Source of the DNA: Paraphysomonas bandaiensis
Lineage: Eukaryota; Protista; Chrysophyceae
Direction of reading: 5' to 3'
DNA: 64,000 nt
NCBI GenBank assembly: GCA_965644295.1
Contig: CBFFRP010000096.1
Location: 1-64,000, forward strand
Below the pieces are notes generated by a model. It did not search any database. It saw only the letters and a list, made by a program, of their open reading frames with translations, and was not told the origin of the DNA. The translations under genes were made by a program, and so were the position numbers. Below, in pieces: positions 37,487 to 51,700 of the stretch (positions are counted from its first letter, which is position 1; every line of letters starts with the position of its first letter).

Positions 37487-38257
37487 CTACGTGCTTTCAA
37501 CGAACACAACTGCAGGGGGCGGTCCATTGACTGGTGGGTTTCCCTTCAACTTCACATACTCCCGACATGCATATATACTATCTGCAGTAAAATGTTCTCC
37601 CGCCTCAGCTCGTTTCAATATCTCCTCCATTGACATCAATACGACATCATCAACCTCTTCCTGAACCGAGAGAATGATGAACACATGTACAGCATAACGA
37701 ATTACCTTCTGCATCTTGATTGGTCCATCATATTGACACTCCCATGCGTCCCCCCAACACTTTACCCTGTGAGACAATATACCATAAGTTAACCGCCATT
37801 AGATAAGAAAAGCATACCTACTATCTTCAAAATAAAAAGTGAATAGATGGTCCATTCTTACTCCTGTTATACCCATTTCCTCCTCGACTTCTCTGAGGTT
37901 CGTGACTTCGTAAGACTCCCCGGCAGCAACAACACCACCAGGAGTAGGATCAAAATACCCAGGACAGTAGTCTTTCAACATGCTTCGCTGCGTGAGAACA
38001 TCAGAGCGGTACAATGCATTGATTTAAAACCTTTTGAACATAAAAATAATTGTTAGAAGTTCGGATGAATCCATACGTCGCTCGATGAATGAGTTTATTC
38101 GCTCTGCAACAGAGGACGTTAACGGCGGGGTATTGTGAGCAGCAGAGTACAATGACCTCATGACGGATCGTGTGGTCGGAGAGAGCGTGTTGTTGTCTTC
38201 ATCCACGATCTCAATTAATTCTTGAGCAGATTTTGTGATGTATTCCTCGTTTTGCAT
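37487..38257 (-). CDS. Nudix hydrolase (YfcD/IPP-isomerase-like); multi-exon
   Basis: EIVDEDN, QRSMLKDYCPGYFDP, Nudix box GGVVAAGESYEVTNLREVEEEMGI, EEVDDV. Confidence 0.9.
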
Positions 38258-38696
38258 GATCTGTGCGATATTTCTCAGGAGTATCTTTAGATGGGCAGTA
38301 GCTTTAGATGGGCTGCAATCATATGAGAGTGTTGACACGGCACACAGCAGCACATACATGTATAGAACACTGCTGCTTATGGGGATAATGCCGTTTTTTT
38401 ACGATCTCTGCTCTGTATGTCCCTCTAAAACCTGGTATTTTAATAAAAATATAGGTTTTTCAATTCGCATTTGTTGGGAATCTCCAACACTGGCAGTTTC
38501 TCTATGGTGCACTGAGCTGAGCCACTGCGACTGTTAATGTCAGCATATAGAAACACCTGCTCCATACTCTTCACTGCTTTGCTCTCATATCACTGAAAGA
38601 GGAGCATTCATATCTCATTATCATATCGTGTGAAGCCCGTATACACTATAGCAGCCCTGTGTCATCATGATATGAGTGACAGTCGTTAGTATCGTC

Positions 38697-41600
38697 ATGC
38701 GGGAACTTACAGAAGAGTTGTTGCTTAAAGCTGGAAAACTCCCTCCCAGCGAAGTAGTGGTCATTGTTTTGGAGGTAGAGCACACTGCTTGTGCATGTGG
38801 AGTGTTTAACTCTCTATTCGTATGCACGCAGCGTCTAAATTTAGGGAAGTACGGCGGAGTTTTAGCGCCCAAAGCTGAAATTTTGGCATGCTCGCATAAT
38901 GTGTTCCAAACGCTTCACGGTGTTTTCGACCAATTCCCGTCAGTGTGGTGGCTGGATATGTCATTCAATAAGGTTCGACACAGTTAATTATGTGCAATAA
39001 AAGATTAATTATGAACAGTTGACTTCTGGCTTTAAGCCGCCATGTCCATATTCGTTAGGCCTCTTGGACATCAGGTATTATTTTCTTTGTGTATCTACAA
39101 ATCACATTTTTTGTAGGGGAAATGGCATGACATTAGAGACCTTAAAAAGTTTGTCCAACACACTCATTCTGAGACTACGGGTGGATGTGGACAGTAGCGA
39201 GCATCTCCCAGTGAGCCGCAAAAGGGGTTTTACTCGGGGATGCGTACTTCGATCATTACAGGTTTGGGTACTTAATGACGACTTCGTCACGAGCGAAGAG
39301 CTTGCCGAAGCATCTAAATTACGGGACATGAATGAGGAGCGTGATACATCTGGAACCATAACCGATGGTGAATGGTTTTGTTCTCGAGTCCCTAACGAGC
39401 GCGAAAAGGATATGATGGGAGTGCTTAACAGGGTACTACCCTGTCGACCGTGCTTCTCAAATCCCTACAGGCTTGACGTAGTTGTGGATGATTACCTGCA
39501 GCAGGCCTTCCTCTTTAACGGGTCAGAGGCTGTGGCAGCAGCGTCTATACGCAAGCTACCGACATTTGTTCCTGAAGTCCTTTGTCGATTGCCGCATGGA
39601 GTGAGAATCGATCTTTCGGTGCTCCTGACTGCCCACATTCTCTTCGACACACCAGACGCGCTGTTCACTGAGACTATGGAAATACTGCTTGCGCGATACT
39701 TGGCCCTGCCAGACATACACGACCTGCTAGCATTGCCTAACTTCGTCAAAACTGGGGTCGTGAGCCTCCTCCGTCGAGTATGTCGGCGTGAATTAGAGGA
39801 ACTCAAAGTCGTGGGATTCACTTCAGAAAAACCACCAGTCCCTGTAAAGGAGGATGTGCCTGTTGCAGATGCAGTATCCTTGCTTCGAGGGGAGTGCAGC
39901 GCAGAGAACTGTAGACGCGTTCTACCATCATTGGACAGCGATGGATTTCGGTTTTTGAAAGCACTACGCCGCTACCTGTCCCAGGGTATATCCGAAAATT
40001 TGCTTCGTGCTTCTTCTGACGAGTCGGAGGTTTTGTATTCGGAGATGGAGATGGATCTGCTCTTTCACCTTCCTGATTTTCCCACGAAAGCGTCATGCCC
40101 AGCCGCATCATCAGCTGCTTATCGCGAATGGGTTTCACTAGCAGCTCGACACACCGTTATTCTCATGACGCGTGCACCAGGCTGTCCTCCTTTAACTCTA
40201 CCGCAGTGTTCACGCGCCCACACAGCGGTCTACAAGCTCATGCAGCCACTGCTTAAGGCATCTGGTATGACCTATGAAGATTTGGAGATATCCACATCGG
40301 GTCCAGGGTTGGATGGAAGGACTGTGGTACCTAGTGGTGTCTTGGGGTTCGGCTGCGGTGTGCCTGATGGAAATCCTAAGCAGCTTATATGGAACAATTC
40401 GGAGCTCTCTCGCGGTTACAGCAGACCGTGGTGTGAAAAGAATTCTGCTAAGCATCTAGAAGAAGGCCAGGTATGATTTGAAGTGCAGGATCTTATTCGC
40501 TATCGTGCCCTGACTAGATGACTGAATCAGGAACTTGAATTGCGAGGAGGTGCACTCCCTCCTCTTGATAAGACGAGGAGTATTGATGATGACGATGTTA
40601 CCAGCATTAGTTCGCTTGGTTCCGATGTTGTTAACCCAGAAAATCAGCAGACGGGGGCACTTCCTTCAAAGAATGTCTTAAGGGCAAGTGTTAGAAGCAA
40701 GGGTAGTATGTCTGCGTCAGATATAGGTGCGTGTGGCGTGATGACAGGGAGTACAATTATTTTACCGCAGGTTCTGGTGTAATGTACGTCAACTCTGGTC
40801 AAGACGACAGTGGAGAAATGGAGAGAAATATTTCCCCTGGTACGAATCGTGACGTTCTTGCAATTTAAACTGACAATTTGTAGACATGGCCCACAGCATT
40901 ACTGATATTGACCACTTGGCAGAAGTCCGTCCGTGGGGATCACAGCACTGGATGCATTACCAGGTAGGTCGGAGTGTAACAGCTTGTGGAAACTGACAGA
41001 ATTTCCATAGCGGTACCTGTCGCCGTCGTCACCAAGTACCATTCAAAAGGAACCTCGAAGAGTATCAGGTTTCAGTTCAGATTCAAGAATCGAAGCCACT
41101 TTCATCCTGGCTCCTGAGGATAAAATTTCCTTGGTTAAAAGGTTGAAAATAGTATAGTATGTTCTTAACATTATAATTTGCACTAAGGCTGGGAATGAAC
41201 TCTATTAGTAGCTGGAACTCGATTGCAAGGGCCCCTGTATTTATTCATCCTCAGTAAGTTCTCTTTTTTATGAGAAAGAATCTTATTTCACTTATTCATG
41301 GTAGTTCACTTATTCCTGTTTCCACAACGACACCTCCAAGCGACACCGCTGTAAACGATGACAGCGTTTGCGATCTGAAAAGAGCAGTGTCTGTACCACT
41401 CGCAGTTCTCAGTCGACAGTCCAGCTTAGCGAGTGAAATTGGTCGCAGCAACAGCAGCGTTTCTGGTTTGGGCCTTTTTTCTAGAACGAATAGTTTACTG
41501 CCAAGCAAAAGTTTTGATAGATCGGAGAGTTTACCTCTGAAAGAAGACATGATGACACCTCTCGAGCGCCGAATGATGCGGTTTGTGATATCATAACTGT

Positions 41601-43774
41601 GTTTTGACTCTGTTTTAGTTCGTTTCATAGTCGAAATGCGAAGGCAATAGAACAGCACAAAATTGAAACCGAGAAGTGGTTAGAAGCCTTTAACGGCGAT
41701 TTGATTCAATCTTTTGACGTCGATGACACTACAGACAGCTTTCTAAATATGACAGATATTTTGTCCAAGATAGGAGATGCGGAGCACAGGTGAATTCTAT
41801 TCGCGTTATTCTATTTTCAGAGCAGTTTAATTGTTGAATAGACTGAGGCTGAGTTCAATGGGTATATCTACGGATGACGAATCGGTGAATGACTTCACTG
41901 CAACGAAATTAGGTCAGTATATTGCGATGAAGTGAAAGTATTTAACATCGCAATATTAGCTGAAATCGCTGAAAATGTATCTGTGGAATCATCACATGCT
42001 TCCGAAGCATCTAACTCAGCGAAAATTAGACGAAAAAGCGATGTCCAAGGTAAAGAAGATCTTCTAAAAGCAATGGGAACTATTAGAAACGTAAAGTTAT
42101 TATCTGACACTAACAAAAAGCGGGCAATTATGCTGAAAAAGCAAGAAAAGCGCGATCGAATGAAGCAATCAATGAAATTTATGGGGCTATGCAGTACTCC
42201 AGAGTATTCTCCCAAAGGTATGTCGAATTGAACTTTTCATGTAAAGGGAGTAACACTTGTTTAGCTCCCAAAGTGCAGAGTGCATCCAATTTTTCGTGGT
42301 CGTCGTTTGTTAGGCGAGACGATAGGTCTGATAATAAATCGGAAGCGAGCATTAAAAATTCGGATGTTGCATCAGACTTCTTTTTGACTGAAACGAATAG
42401 TGAGTTATCGTCATTTGGAGGTAGTATTCCTGGACATACAGCTGCAGTCTCGTCTCCCCCTAGAAATAGCAAGGCTCCCAGAAACACTGCCAATCAACCT
42501 GGCGGTATTGTAATAGAGACTAGTGGAGGATATGACGCCACACGTCCGATTGCCGAGCAGCTGCGCGAAGCTATCAGATACACCGAGGTGTACACTCTCA
42601 GGTCAGTTCATGTGGTGGACGCAGTGTTGCATATCTTGCTAATCTGTTTTTTGCAGTAATGATATCGAGTGGGGTGGACTGGGACCATCTGGTAAAATGG
42701 GATTAAATTGGTAAATATAAATTCATGAAATCAATACGCAGTAGTTATGACTGTAACTTCAGGTACCCAAAGTATCCTAAGGTAATGTATACTCTGGACC
42801 CCATGACTCCGATGAATATTGCCAGAGAGAAGGGGACAATAGCTAAAACGGAAAAAACTACAGAGGTGGAGTCGAAGTTGCTGCATGAATCATTGCAGAT
42901 GGAAACAGAAGAAAATAGAGGTGTAGACTCGAAACATGCCCCTCGAATGCCTTGTTTTCGTGTGAAGCCCACTGCCAAGAAGACTGCAATCAAACCCATT
43001 GATTTCGTCAATACGAGACTGAAACATGTTGAACCAGTCCAGCTGGAAGCTATACCTCAAGTTTGCGTTGAGGGTGAATATTTTTCAAGGTGTGTACCTG
43101 ATGTTGCCAGTTTTGAGGGCCCTTCATCCCCGAACACTAATGTGGACAACGCCTCCATCGTTTCCTCTGCGATCGTAAAGTTGAACGATCTTGGCACTCC
43201 TGTTACGGATGCTCTATCAGCAGCAGAAGATATTGATTTGGATAGTATTGATAGTAATCGTGTCAAGGGCCCGGTACCAGGGTATAACCAGGAGGTAAAC
43301 GATTCGTCATTCTAATTGTGTACTTTGACCTCTATTCTCCTGTTTCACACAACAGAGACTAAGCACTCCTGATTTAGTGACAACTCCAGTACGTGCTAGA
43401 ACCCCATCTACAGGGGCTCCAAGATCAAGGGATGGAAGGTCGTATAATTACAGTGGTAGCGTAGGTCGACCTGGGCAGTCATCCGTAACTGTCCCAAGTT
43501 TCCGGGTCGCTGCCGACGGACTGCCCCCTCTCTTCAACACCAGGTGAGAACCTCACACCGTGGGATATATAGGTTTTATTCGTTTTACAGGTGTAGCGCA
43601 CAAGCTAATTCCTTGGTTGTTCAAGTTGATAGACACCGCGTCTCTACTGGTGGGCTAAAGAAGCAGCCTATATCTGTGATGAAGCCTGCATCTCATACAT
43701 TAAAGCTCAGTAAATCGTTCAAGCAACCGATTCCTCGATTGTATAGAAATATCGGTTCCGTAAATGATGATTAA
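38697..43774 (+). CDS. Large multi-exon protein with short N-terminal leucine-rich repeats and a low-complexity C-terminal region; function unknown; may be more than one gene
   Basis: LRR-like EILACSHNVFQTL, WWLDMSFNK/LTS, LGLLDIR; chain of + strand ORFs joined by ~50-bp GT-AG introns. Confidence 0.6.
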
Positions 43775-44204
43775 ATGTCTCGGTGAAGTCACTTCGTTGC
43801 ACTTTCAATGTACAGACTTGTGTGTCTTTGTTCTCGTTTGCTACTTCAAGATTGTAAAATACTTCGAAGTACATTTATGTTCATTCAAAAACTTAGTTTT
43901 AGAATTGTAATAGTTATTATAGAATCTCCTATCTTCTACGGGTGTCGCTCATAATTAACAGGAAAGCACCTGCATTTTTTCTCTGTTACGCGATTGTCTC
44001 CAGAATGAATTCAATTGTGGGTTACGTTATTAACTACAACTCATAAGTGTATAAAAAAAATAATGAGAAAGTGTGTCGCTATGCAAGGTGTATGATACGT
44101 ATCCTTAATGGCTTCACGTCTGAGATTACTTCATGTAGTCAAGACTAATGGTGTTATTGTAAACATTTAAACCTTCAAAAAGTCGCTAACTTTACAAATT
44201 ACAC

Positions 44205-45437
44205 AGTAGTGAATGTCTGCTTATTAGCAATAGGCGTGTAAGAGTCACAACTAATGTAGTAAACCAATTTCACTATCTAGTGCTTAACTCTGATATCCTA
44301 CTATTTAGGGCTACGAAATGTCCTACTTCAGTAGGCAGCCCAATACCCTGGATGCCATTGAGGCGGCCCGTTCCCGGATGCTTGACTTCAGCAGGCAGCT
44401 CAATACTCCAGATGCCCATTCTCGGATGCCTGTTCCTCAACAAAGTCGGATCGCACCTTTTCGTTGTGTTCTGGGGGATAAGTACCGGAGAGATTCTCTC
44501 TGGGAAACTAACGTGAGCCGCAAACATAGTCAGCAGATATTCTTCTTCCCACTCATAGCCGAATGCTTGTGTGGTACAAGGGACATCAATAAGTGTCACT
44601 TGTGTAGACGTCTTTGGGCCCTGACAAATAAACAGATATCCGGGAATGAGCCCACCTGAAGGGTAACCGGGGTATTGGGCTGCCGCTGAAGTCACGCATA
44701 CGGGATGTTCACCTTAAGAACTCAGAGCGGAAGTGGTCGCATCTTGGTGCTTGCGGCGACGCACAAGCAGCTTCCGTAGCGTTAAATAGTAAATAGTACG
44801 ATAAAGAAGATTAGTTACAAGTAGAGGTCTAACTAGGTTGACTAGCATTCATCTAGCTACTAAGTTGGTGCAGGTTTTTAACGCCTACTGCTAATAATAA
44901 GACTTTCAATATTGGATGCCTGTTTCTTCATCAGACCCAAAGACGTTTACGAAATTGACACTTATTAGTCTCCTGTGTACCACACAAGCATTTGGCTATG
45001 AGTGGACAGAACAATATATGCTGACTATATATGCGGCTCACTTTAGTTTCCGTAGAGATATCTCCTGGGGGTATTTATCCTTCAGAACACCACAAAAAGT
45101 GCGAGTCCGACTTTGTTGAGGGCGTTGATAACAAATACCATCCAGACAGTTATTAAAAATCCGGTGGTAAATAAGTAATGTAAACACCTAACTTCATTTT
45201 GGTATAGCAGAATGCGTTTGATACTCATCCAACAGATAGATGTTGTGCATATAGATAATACACACAGCTGTAGCAAAACAATTTAAGAACAAACTAGTGC
45301 TTAACTCTGATATCCTACTGTTTTACGCGGCGAAAACTGTTTGTGTGTCACCGCAAGCACCAAAGTGTAACCACTTTTGCTCTATCGTTCAAAGCTAACG
45401 CAGTGAGCAAGCGGAATGTCGATATACCTGACTTCAG
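44205..45437. repeat. Cluster of repeat family A copies in alternating orientation (44205-44433 +, 44434-44910 -, 44913-45122 +, 45293-45437 +)
   Basis: Reverse-complement matches, e.g. CCTCAACAAAGTCGGA (44435) vs TCCGACTTTGTTGAGG (45106) and CACTCATAGCCGAATGCTTGTGTGGTACA vs TGTACCACACAAGCATTTGGCTATGAGTG. Confidence 0.9.
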
Positions 45438-46159
45438 GGTTTCGTACGTAAAGACGCCGCTTCTTGGATTGATGTTGGCAAGACGACATCAAGGTAGTCA
45501 AGTGACGACTCTTGAAGTGGCTTGTAGTTAAAATAAGTGTGAATCAAATTTCAGAGTGTAGAACGTGGGTATGAAACATAGTCCAACAAAAGGCACAATG
45601 CAATAGCTATCCAACAGTCTGGAATGGAATGGTTTGACTGTACGGAGCTCAAACTCAGACCAACTCAACTCATACACACAAGACTGTCCCTCTAGAGGAC
45701 CCTCATGGCTGAAGAAGAAGATTTCCATACGTTATCACACACTGTTCCAGGCGACAATGATGCTGACGTTTGTCACTGAGAGTGAGTGATGCACATCTAC
45801 AACAGATCCAAACATACGTGTGGATAAGGAGAGCAAACTCTCCTCCTTAGACTGATTTCAACATATGAAATTCACAGAACTGAGAAAACAGAACAAGAAA
45901 ATACCGATTTCTTCGATTTGGTCCATTTTTTTATTGTATTTTGGAGGAAAAAAGGCTGAAAATGATAAATATGGCGGCTTTTAAAAAAAAACTCGCTCTG
46001 TGATCGCGTCCAGTCAGATGAGAGGGGCGGTATGCCAGGTACATGTTTGTACAGGCCAACGCACAGTGCTGTGAGTGAGGTGTGGATACCAGTGACAGCA
46101 CAGAGCAATAGCAGTACAGTACATGGACAACAACACATCACGAGTAATGTAAATAGTGG

Positions 46160-47248
46160 ATGTCAATGGAGCCTTTAACTGTTGTTCCTGCTCTCACTAG
46201 CGTTAAACCCGATGTAAAACAACAGCTACGGGGCGACCACACTGACCAGTTCATGTGCTGCGTAGAGGACCAGCACTGCAGAGAGAGCATGAAGAAAGGA
46301 GAAGTTCCCTCGTCTAAAGATATACTTTTCATCGATGGGGTTCTCAGCTCACAAGAATGCAGTCGATTTTGTGATGCGTTAGACAAATGTGAGAGCTTAA
46401 GCTTCTGGAGCAGCTCAGGACGGGAGAACGGCAACGCTAAATATTTCCGTGATGCAGATACAGTTGAAGTGGAGCAAGTGGCTCTAGCTACTGCGTTGTG
46501 GAACCGGATGAGTTGCCTCGTAGATGACAGTCCAATACACATTCCGGAGGAATATGACGGGGACAGTATGTGGGAGAGAGAGCTCCCTGGTAAATGGTAC
46601 CCGTGCGGACTTAATCAAAACTTCTTATTTGCTAAGTATCCGGCGGGTGGTCATTTTGCTCCTCATACGGATGGAAGAGAAATACACTGTAAGTCTCCTA
46701 GGACGTACCTTGTTTTACAGAATGAATGACGACTATGTTCATGTTATCAGCTTTCAACCGGAGGTCGTTTTACTCTGTCATAATTTTTCTTAATACAATT
46801 CCTGTTGAGGGCGGAGGAGGAACCCGGTAGGTGTATTGATCAGCATGAGTCTAAACAATACTGATTATCCCCCAGCTTTTACGCAGACGCTGCTCTTAAT
46901 CGTCTGCAGCAGAGTGAGAGTGGACAGTGGACCTGCAGTGATTCCGATAGAGACGACCTCGTTCTTGGAGAGGTAGCAGCGGTATCTGGAAGAATGCTTA
47001 TATTTGATCAGCGTCTCGTGCACGAAGGCATGTGCTGTATCCCTCCGCACTGTAAGTACATAATTCGCTCAGACGTAATGTTCGAGAGACTACCCGCTGT
47101 TTGTGATTCGGAAGACGAGCAGCGGGCGTACAGCATGTTTAAGGAGGCGGAGGCACTTGCCGAGGCAGGAGAAATCGATGAATCTATTTTATTGTTTAAA
47201 AAGGCCTGTAAAATAAGTCCTGATCTATCAGCGATGATGGGTCATTAA
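46160..47248 (+). CDS. 2OG-Fe(II) oxygenase, prolyl 4-hydroxylase-like; multi-exon
   Basis: IDGVLSSQEC, FAKYPAGGHFAPHTDG, GGGTR, LIFDQRLVHEG, KYIIRSDVMF. Confidence 0.9.
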
Positions 47249-47360
47249 TGATTTTTAATAATATGGAGCAGTCAATTTCATAAAAGTTGTTGTCTAGCTG
47301 CTATTATGTATAGCAATTACAATTACTAAATATATTACTCTATATTTCGTTATCTCATAA

Positions 47361-47492
47361 CCAAAGAGCTCAATTTTAGTCGGCGTACCTGGGGATTCGA
47401 TTACGCAATGGTTAATCCAGAGATACATAGTGACAATTCAGATATAAGAAACGAAAAGTTGGTTTACCATATAGTACAGATGTACAGGTACA
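47361..47492. repeat. Dispersed repeat family B, copy 2
   Basis: Matches 10648-10762. Confidence 0.8.
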
Positions 47493-48777
47493 CTTAATAT
47501 AAGCTCTACTACATGAAAGCTGATCGACACGTGTGGCCGGATGGATGCATATTCAATTAATTTTGAGTGAATGTGGTGATGATGACATCACCGATTACGG
47601 CTCGCTTAGAGGATGAGCGTGAGGAAAATTTTGATTAACTAAGCGCTAGGTAGTAGGTAGTCTTTGCTTGCCATCGTAGTGGGTTCCGTTATCTTGTGAG
47701 CTGAATAGCGTGTATTAAATATAAAATATACTCGTATTTAATTGCTGCTTAATGATCCTGATATATTGTAATGTTGCTTTTGGGCGGGTTGAAGAGTATT
47801 TCAATATTATCGATGGGGCGCAATGTACCAATAGAATTGCAGTATATTGTTCCTAAGCTCTGACATTTCCTGGAGACATGGATACAGTTGTTGTCGATGG
47901 TACTGCAATGAGGGAATTTTTGCTGCTTCACACAATAGTTGTCATCAATCGTTTTGGCTTTCCAGTGGTACTTCGGTTACATTTACTACATGTGGGACTC
48001 ATATTTATTCATGGAAAATTCTACTCTTTAACTGGTGGTCTTGCTGCCACTCCATTTTCTCCCTTCCTTGTAAGGAATATCTCGAAAACTCTCACCCTTT
48101 ACTCAATGCTTCCCTCCTTGAATGGCCGAACAATAGATTGTTAAGGTTTGTGTTAGTAATGTACTACTGGTAAATAAGCACAACAAATACTACACAAAAT
48201 GTTAATAAAACTGTATATCAAACTTTATTGTATCATGCTTTCGGCTTTTGTCAATTGCATCTATACAAGATACTTCGTGACGCATACATAGCATAATAAT
48301 TATAGTTGGCTGAACTAGATTTACTCATCAAGGGTTTTGTATAATATGTGCAGAACTTACTCACAAGTTAGTGCTATTCACTGGATATTTAATTTTTATT
48401 TAACTGAAAGCTGTGTCTGTTCATGTGGACAGCTTATGTGATAAACAATAAACATTAACGATCATGTTAACATGTATTTATTAATTAATCTGGGTATTCA
48501 GTATTAACTAGACTTATATGTACTAATTTGAATACTCTATACTATCGCCAATAGTAGAATACATATAAAACACAAGCAGAACTCACTATATGAGTAATGA
48601 AACTGGGATAATATAGATATAATTCACAATGACTACATCGTACAAGACAATACAATACTGCACACAGCAGAGACAGACATACCGAGTTATTTTAACTCAA
48701 TAGATCGTCAGTATAAATAGCCCTCTGGAGAGTTTTAATTCAACTATGAAGTGGTGATGAAATATACTATGAACATA

Positions 48778-51700
48778 TTACACAGTCATCAATGTACGCA
48801 GAACTTGCTCTACGAAATCATCAATGCAGTCCTTATCGTTCTCCGCCGAATTGTGTCCGAGTGACCACGGATAATCACGAATAATCGCAAGAGCTGCTTC
48901 TCTGCATAAGTGTGGAGCGTTGATAGCGTTGGCAACTTGAAAAATCTCAATACAATTCGAGGACGTCAATCGCCCGACGAGATCGGACTCAATCCTCTGT
49001 TTCATATTAGGAACCAAATACTCATCTGACATATATACTAAGTCCAATAGCGCTTCCAAATTGCTACCTTCACTCCCGTCTAAATCTATGGGCGGTAGAT
49101 AGCCCAAGTATAGAAAATGAAGCATCCATCCCATCAACTGACCTGTGGCGTCTTCGAGCACCAGGGTTCCATTCCAATTGCCAGCTTGCAATCGCAGCCG
49201 CAGTAAAGATTCGAATTTCGCGCTACCATTGGCCACAACTGCTTTATGTGCTTTATGAACTACACCACCTGCACATAGGATGGTCATGTCGCAGCTATAG
49301 TGAACGAACTCCGTCAATAATACATGGCCAGTGAGTAGCATGTACATTTCATCCGACACAAAATCCTGTGGTAGAGACCACATATCTCCCGTTGTAACCC
49401 TGCTCACTGAGGAAAGCGTATTAATCACATTCGTGAATGCAAATCGAGAAAATTCGTATAGAGAAGGAAAAGAAAATTGCAGCAACTGAACAATAGCCTT
49501 CATACATTCAGGGTAAGACATATCAATGTGGTAATACTCCACGAGGGTGGAAAATGGCAATGGGGTGGATGGAGCTGATGAGTAAGCTTTGAACAGCAAA
49601 GTACAAAGCGTCGTTGCAGTTGCCTTAGATAGACATACCCTCACAAACTGCATTATTTGTTGAAGACTGTCAGATGAAACGATGGCCGGAAGCCTCTTGG
49701 AGAAAATATATGAAAGGAATGCACGATCGGGCACATTCGCTGAAGTTTTCGTCTTTGAGTACCCCATGCAATTTCCCTTTATGGCCTCACTTACTGTTGC
49801 ACGACCTTCCAAGTTTTCGTCATCGATGTCACATACTGAAAGTAGGCGTTCTTTTGTATTGCTCTCTACATCATCAGATTCCACCGCGAAATAGCCGAGT
49901 AAGTGAGTGAGATTTAGAGCAGCAGCAACGTCGCGGATCACTATAGCAGATTCTGTGTCAGCGCTTAATTCCATACACCACCTACCCATAGTGTGCTCAC
50001 AGAGCCTTTGTAAACGTGTAACCAAGAGTTCATTGGAGAGCATAATCAAATCCACAACATCTTGTAGTTCAGCTTCTAAAGTGACATCCGTTCCGGTGTA
50101 CATCCAATGCAGCATTCTTTTCATAGTCGAACCTGCGTAGTGAGGAAAGCGAACTACAATTCCACCATCAGGACGAGTTTCCACAAGGTTGGAATATAGC
50201 ATGGCTCGCAAACAGTCCGAGTGAAGAGAAAGAATAAAGGCGTGACACTCCAAGGTAGTGTCTTCGCATAAAATAGACACGTCAGCAAGCTGAAGTTTTA
50301 CAGTGCTCCACGGTGCGGGGACAGGAGCAGCCACAGTAGTAGTGATATCCGTGCTGCGTCCTTTGTCATCTCCCACCATCCAATTACGCTCAGAGTATCG
50401 GCACATACGCCGCAGAAACCTCGACGATACAACTGCGCCAGCTTGCAAAATTAACGGGATGCACCGACAGCATTGTAACCGCTCCGTTGGCAGAGTCTCT
50501 TGATGAGCGAACCGCGACACTGCCTCAAGAACAGTCTCATTGTCGAAGTAACGGTAGGTAAAATTTACACAATCGGGGCTGAAAGCAATGAGGGCTTTTG
50601 TACATTCTCTACTTCCTCCAATACACGAATACCCGAGTGCAGTCATGCCGAATGCATCCGTTAAATTCAAATGATTCCGCGAGCATGAACTCATCCCGTC
50701 AAGAAGTGTGTGCACCATCCGTATATTACCATCCTTGCATGCACGCATCATAGGGGACATTCCCCTGGCAGAAATCACAAGCTCATTGGGGTCGGCACCA
50801 AAGGAAAGAAGTAATCGCGCGCAAGCAGTGTTTCCACTGCGAACAGTCTCCATCAGAGGTGATTTCCTTCGCTCTGATTCTGGCTCTCGTCCCACTTGCC
50901 CTCGCCTCTGTGTGTTGCACGAAAGCAGCGCTTCCAGAATATCACAAGCACCCCGTCGAGCAGCAATACATAACGCGTCATCTCCACATAAATTCACAGC
51001 GAAGGGATCACCTCCCGCCCTGAGAATACATACTACTACCTCCCTTAACCCAAGGCCAGCGGCCGCCATAAGAGGTGTTTCTCTCTTTCTATTTCGGCAG
51101 TTAATTTTTAAACCTCTGCTACATTGCCGACAAAGAAACTCAACAACAGACAGAGCTCCATTCCGTTTCGATCCCACAGATAAATGAAGTGCACTATTGG
51201 AGTGCTTGTCTCTCGCCTGTATGCTCGCCCCAGCATCGAGCAAGGCTCTCACACATTCCACGTGGCCATTTTCGCAGGCTATTAATAAAGGGGTCTTCTT
51301 CTCTCGATCCCGGGACTCAAGAGATGCACCTGACATATAACCCATATAATAAGTAGCCGCTGAGCTCAATTGCATACCTTACCGTTACCGATCAGCACGA
51401 GGAGGCATTCGGTGTGCCCTAACTGTGCAGCCAGGTGCATACCTCCTCCGCCCCCTTCCTCCGTTAACACAGCAGAGGACCATTCAGTCCACCCACAACT
51501 TATCATACGCTCAACCTCCTGAAATTTATCCCCTCTTAAAGCAGTCCACCACTCAGAGAGATCGCACTTCGTTTCATTATCTGGAGGTTCATCTGATTCC
51601 GCAGACGAGCTTTTCGAGTTCTGACGATCTCGACGCAAGTCGCATGCACCTTCTCCGTAGCACTGCCCATATGTCATGGTATGCACACCAGGTGCAAGGA

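Noticed and set aside
44273-45119. ORFs of 140, 113, 78 and 67 aa as protein-coding genes
   Set aside because: They lie in repeat family A copies, frames differ between copies and no domain is recognisable
47749-48173. Short ORFs including IIDGAQC (ParB/DUF262-like?)
   Set aside because: In-frame stop and only a 4-residue resemblance; a possible relic that cannot be assigned
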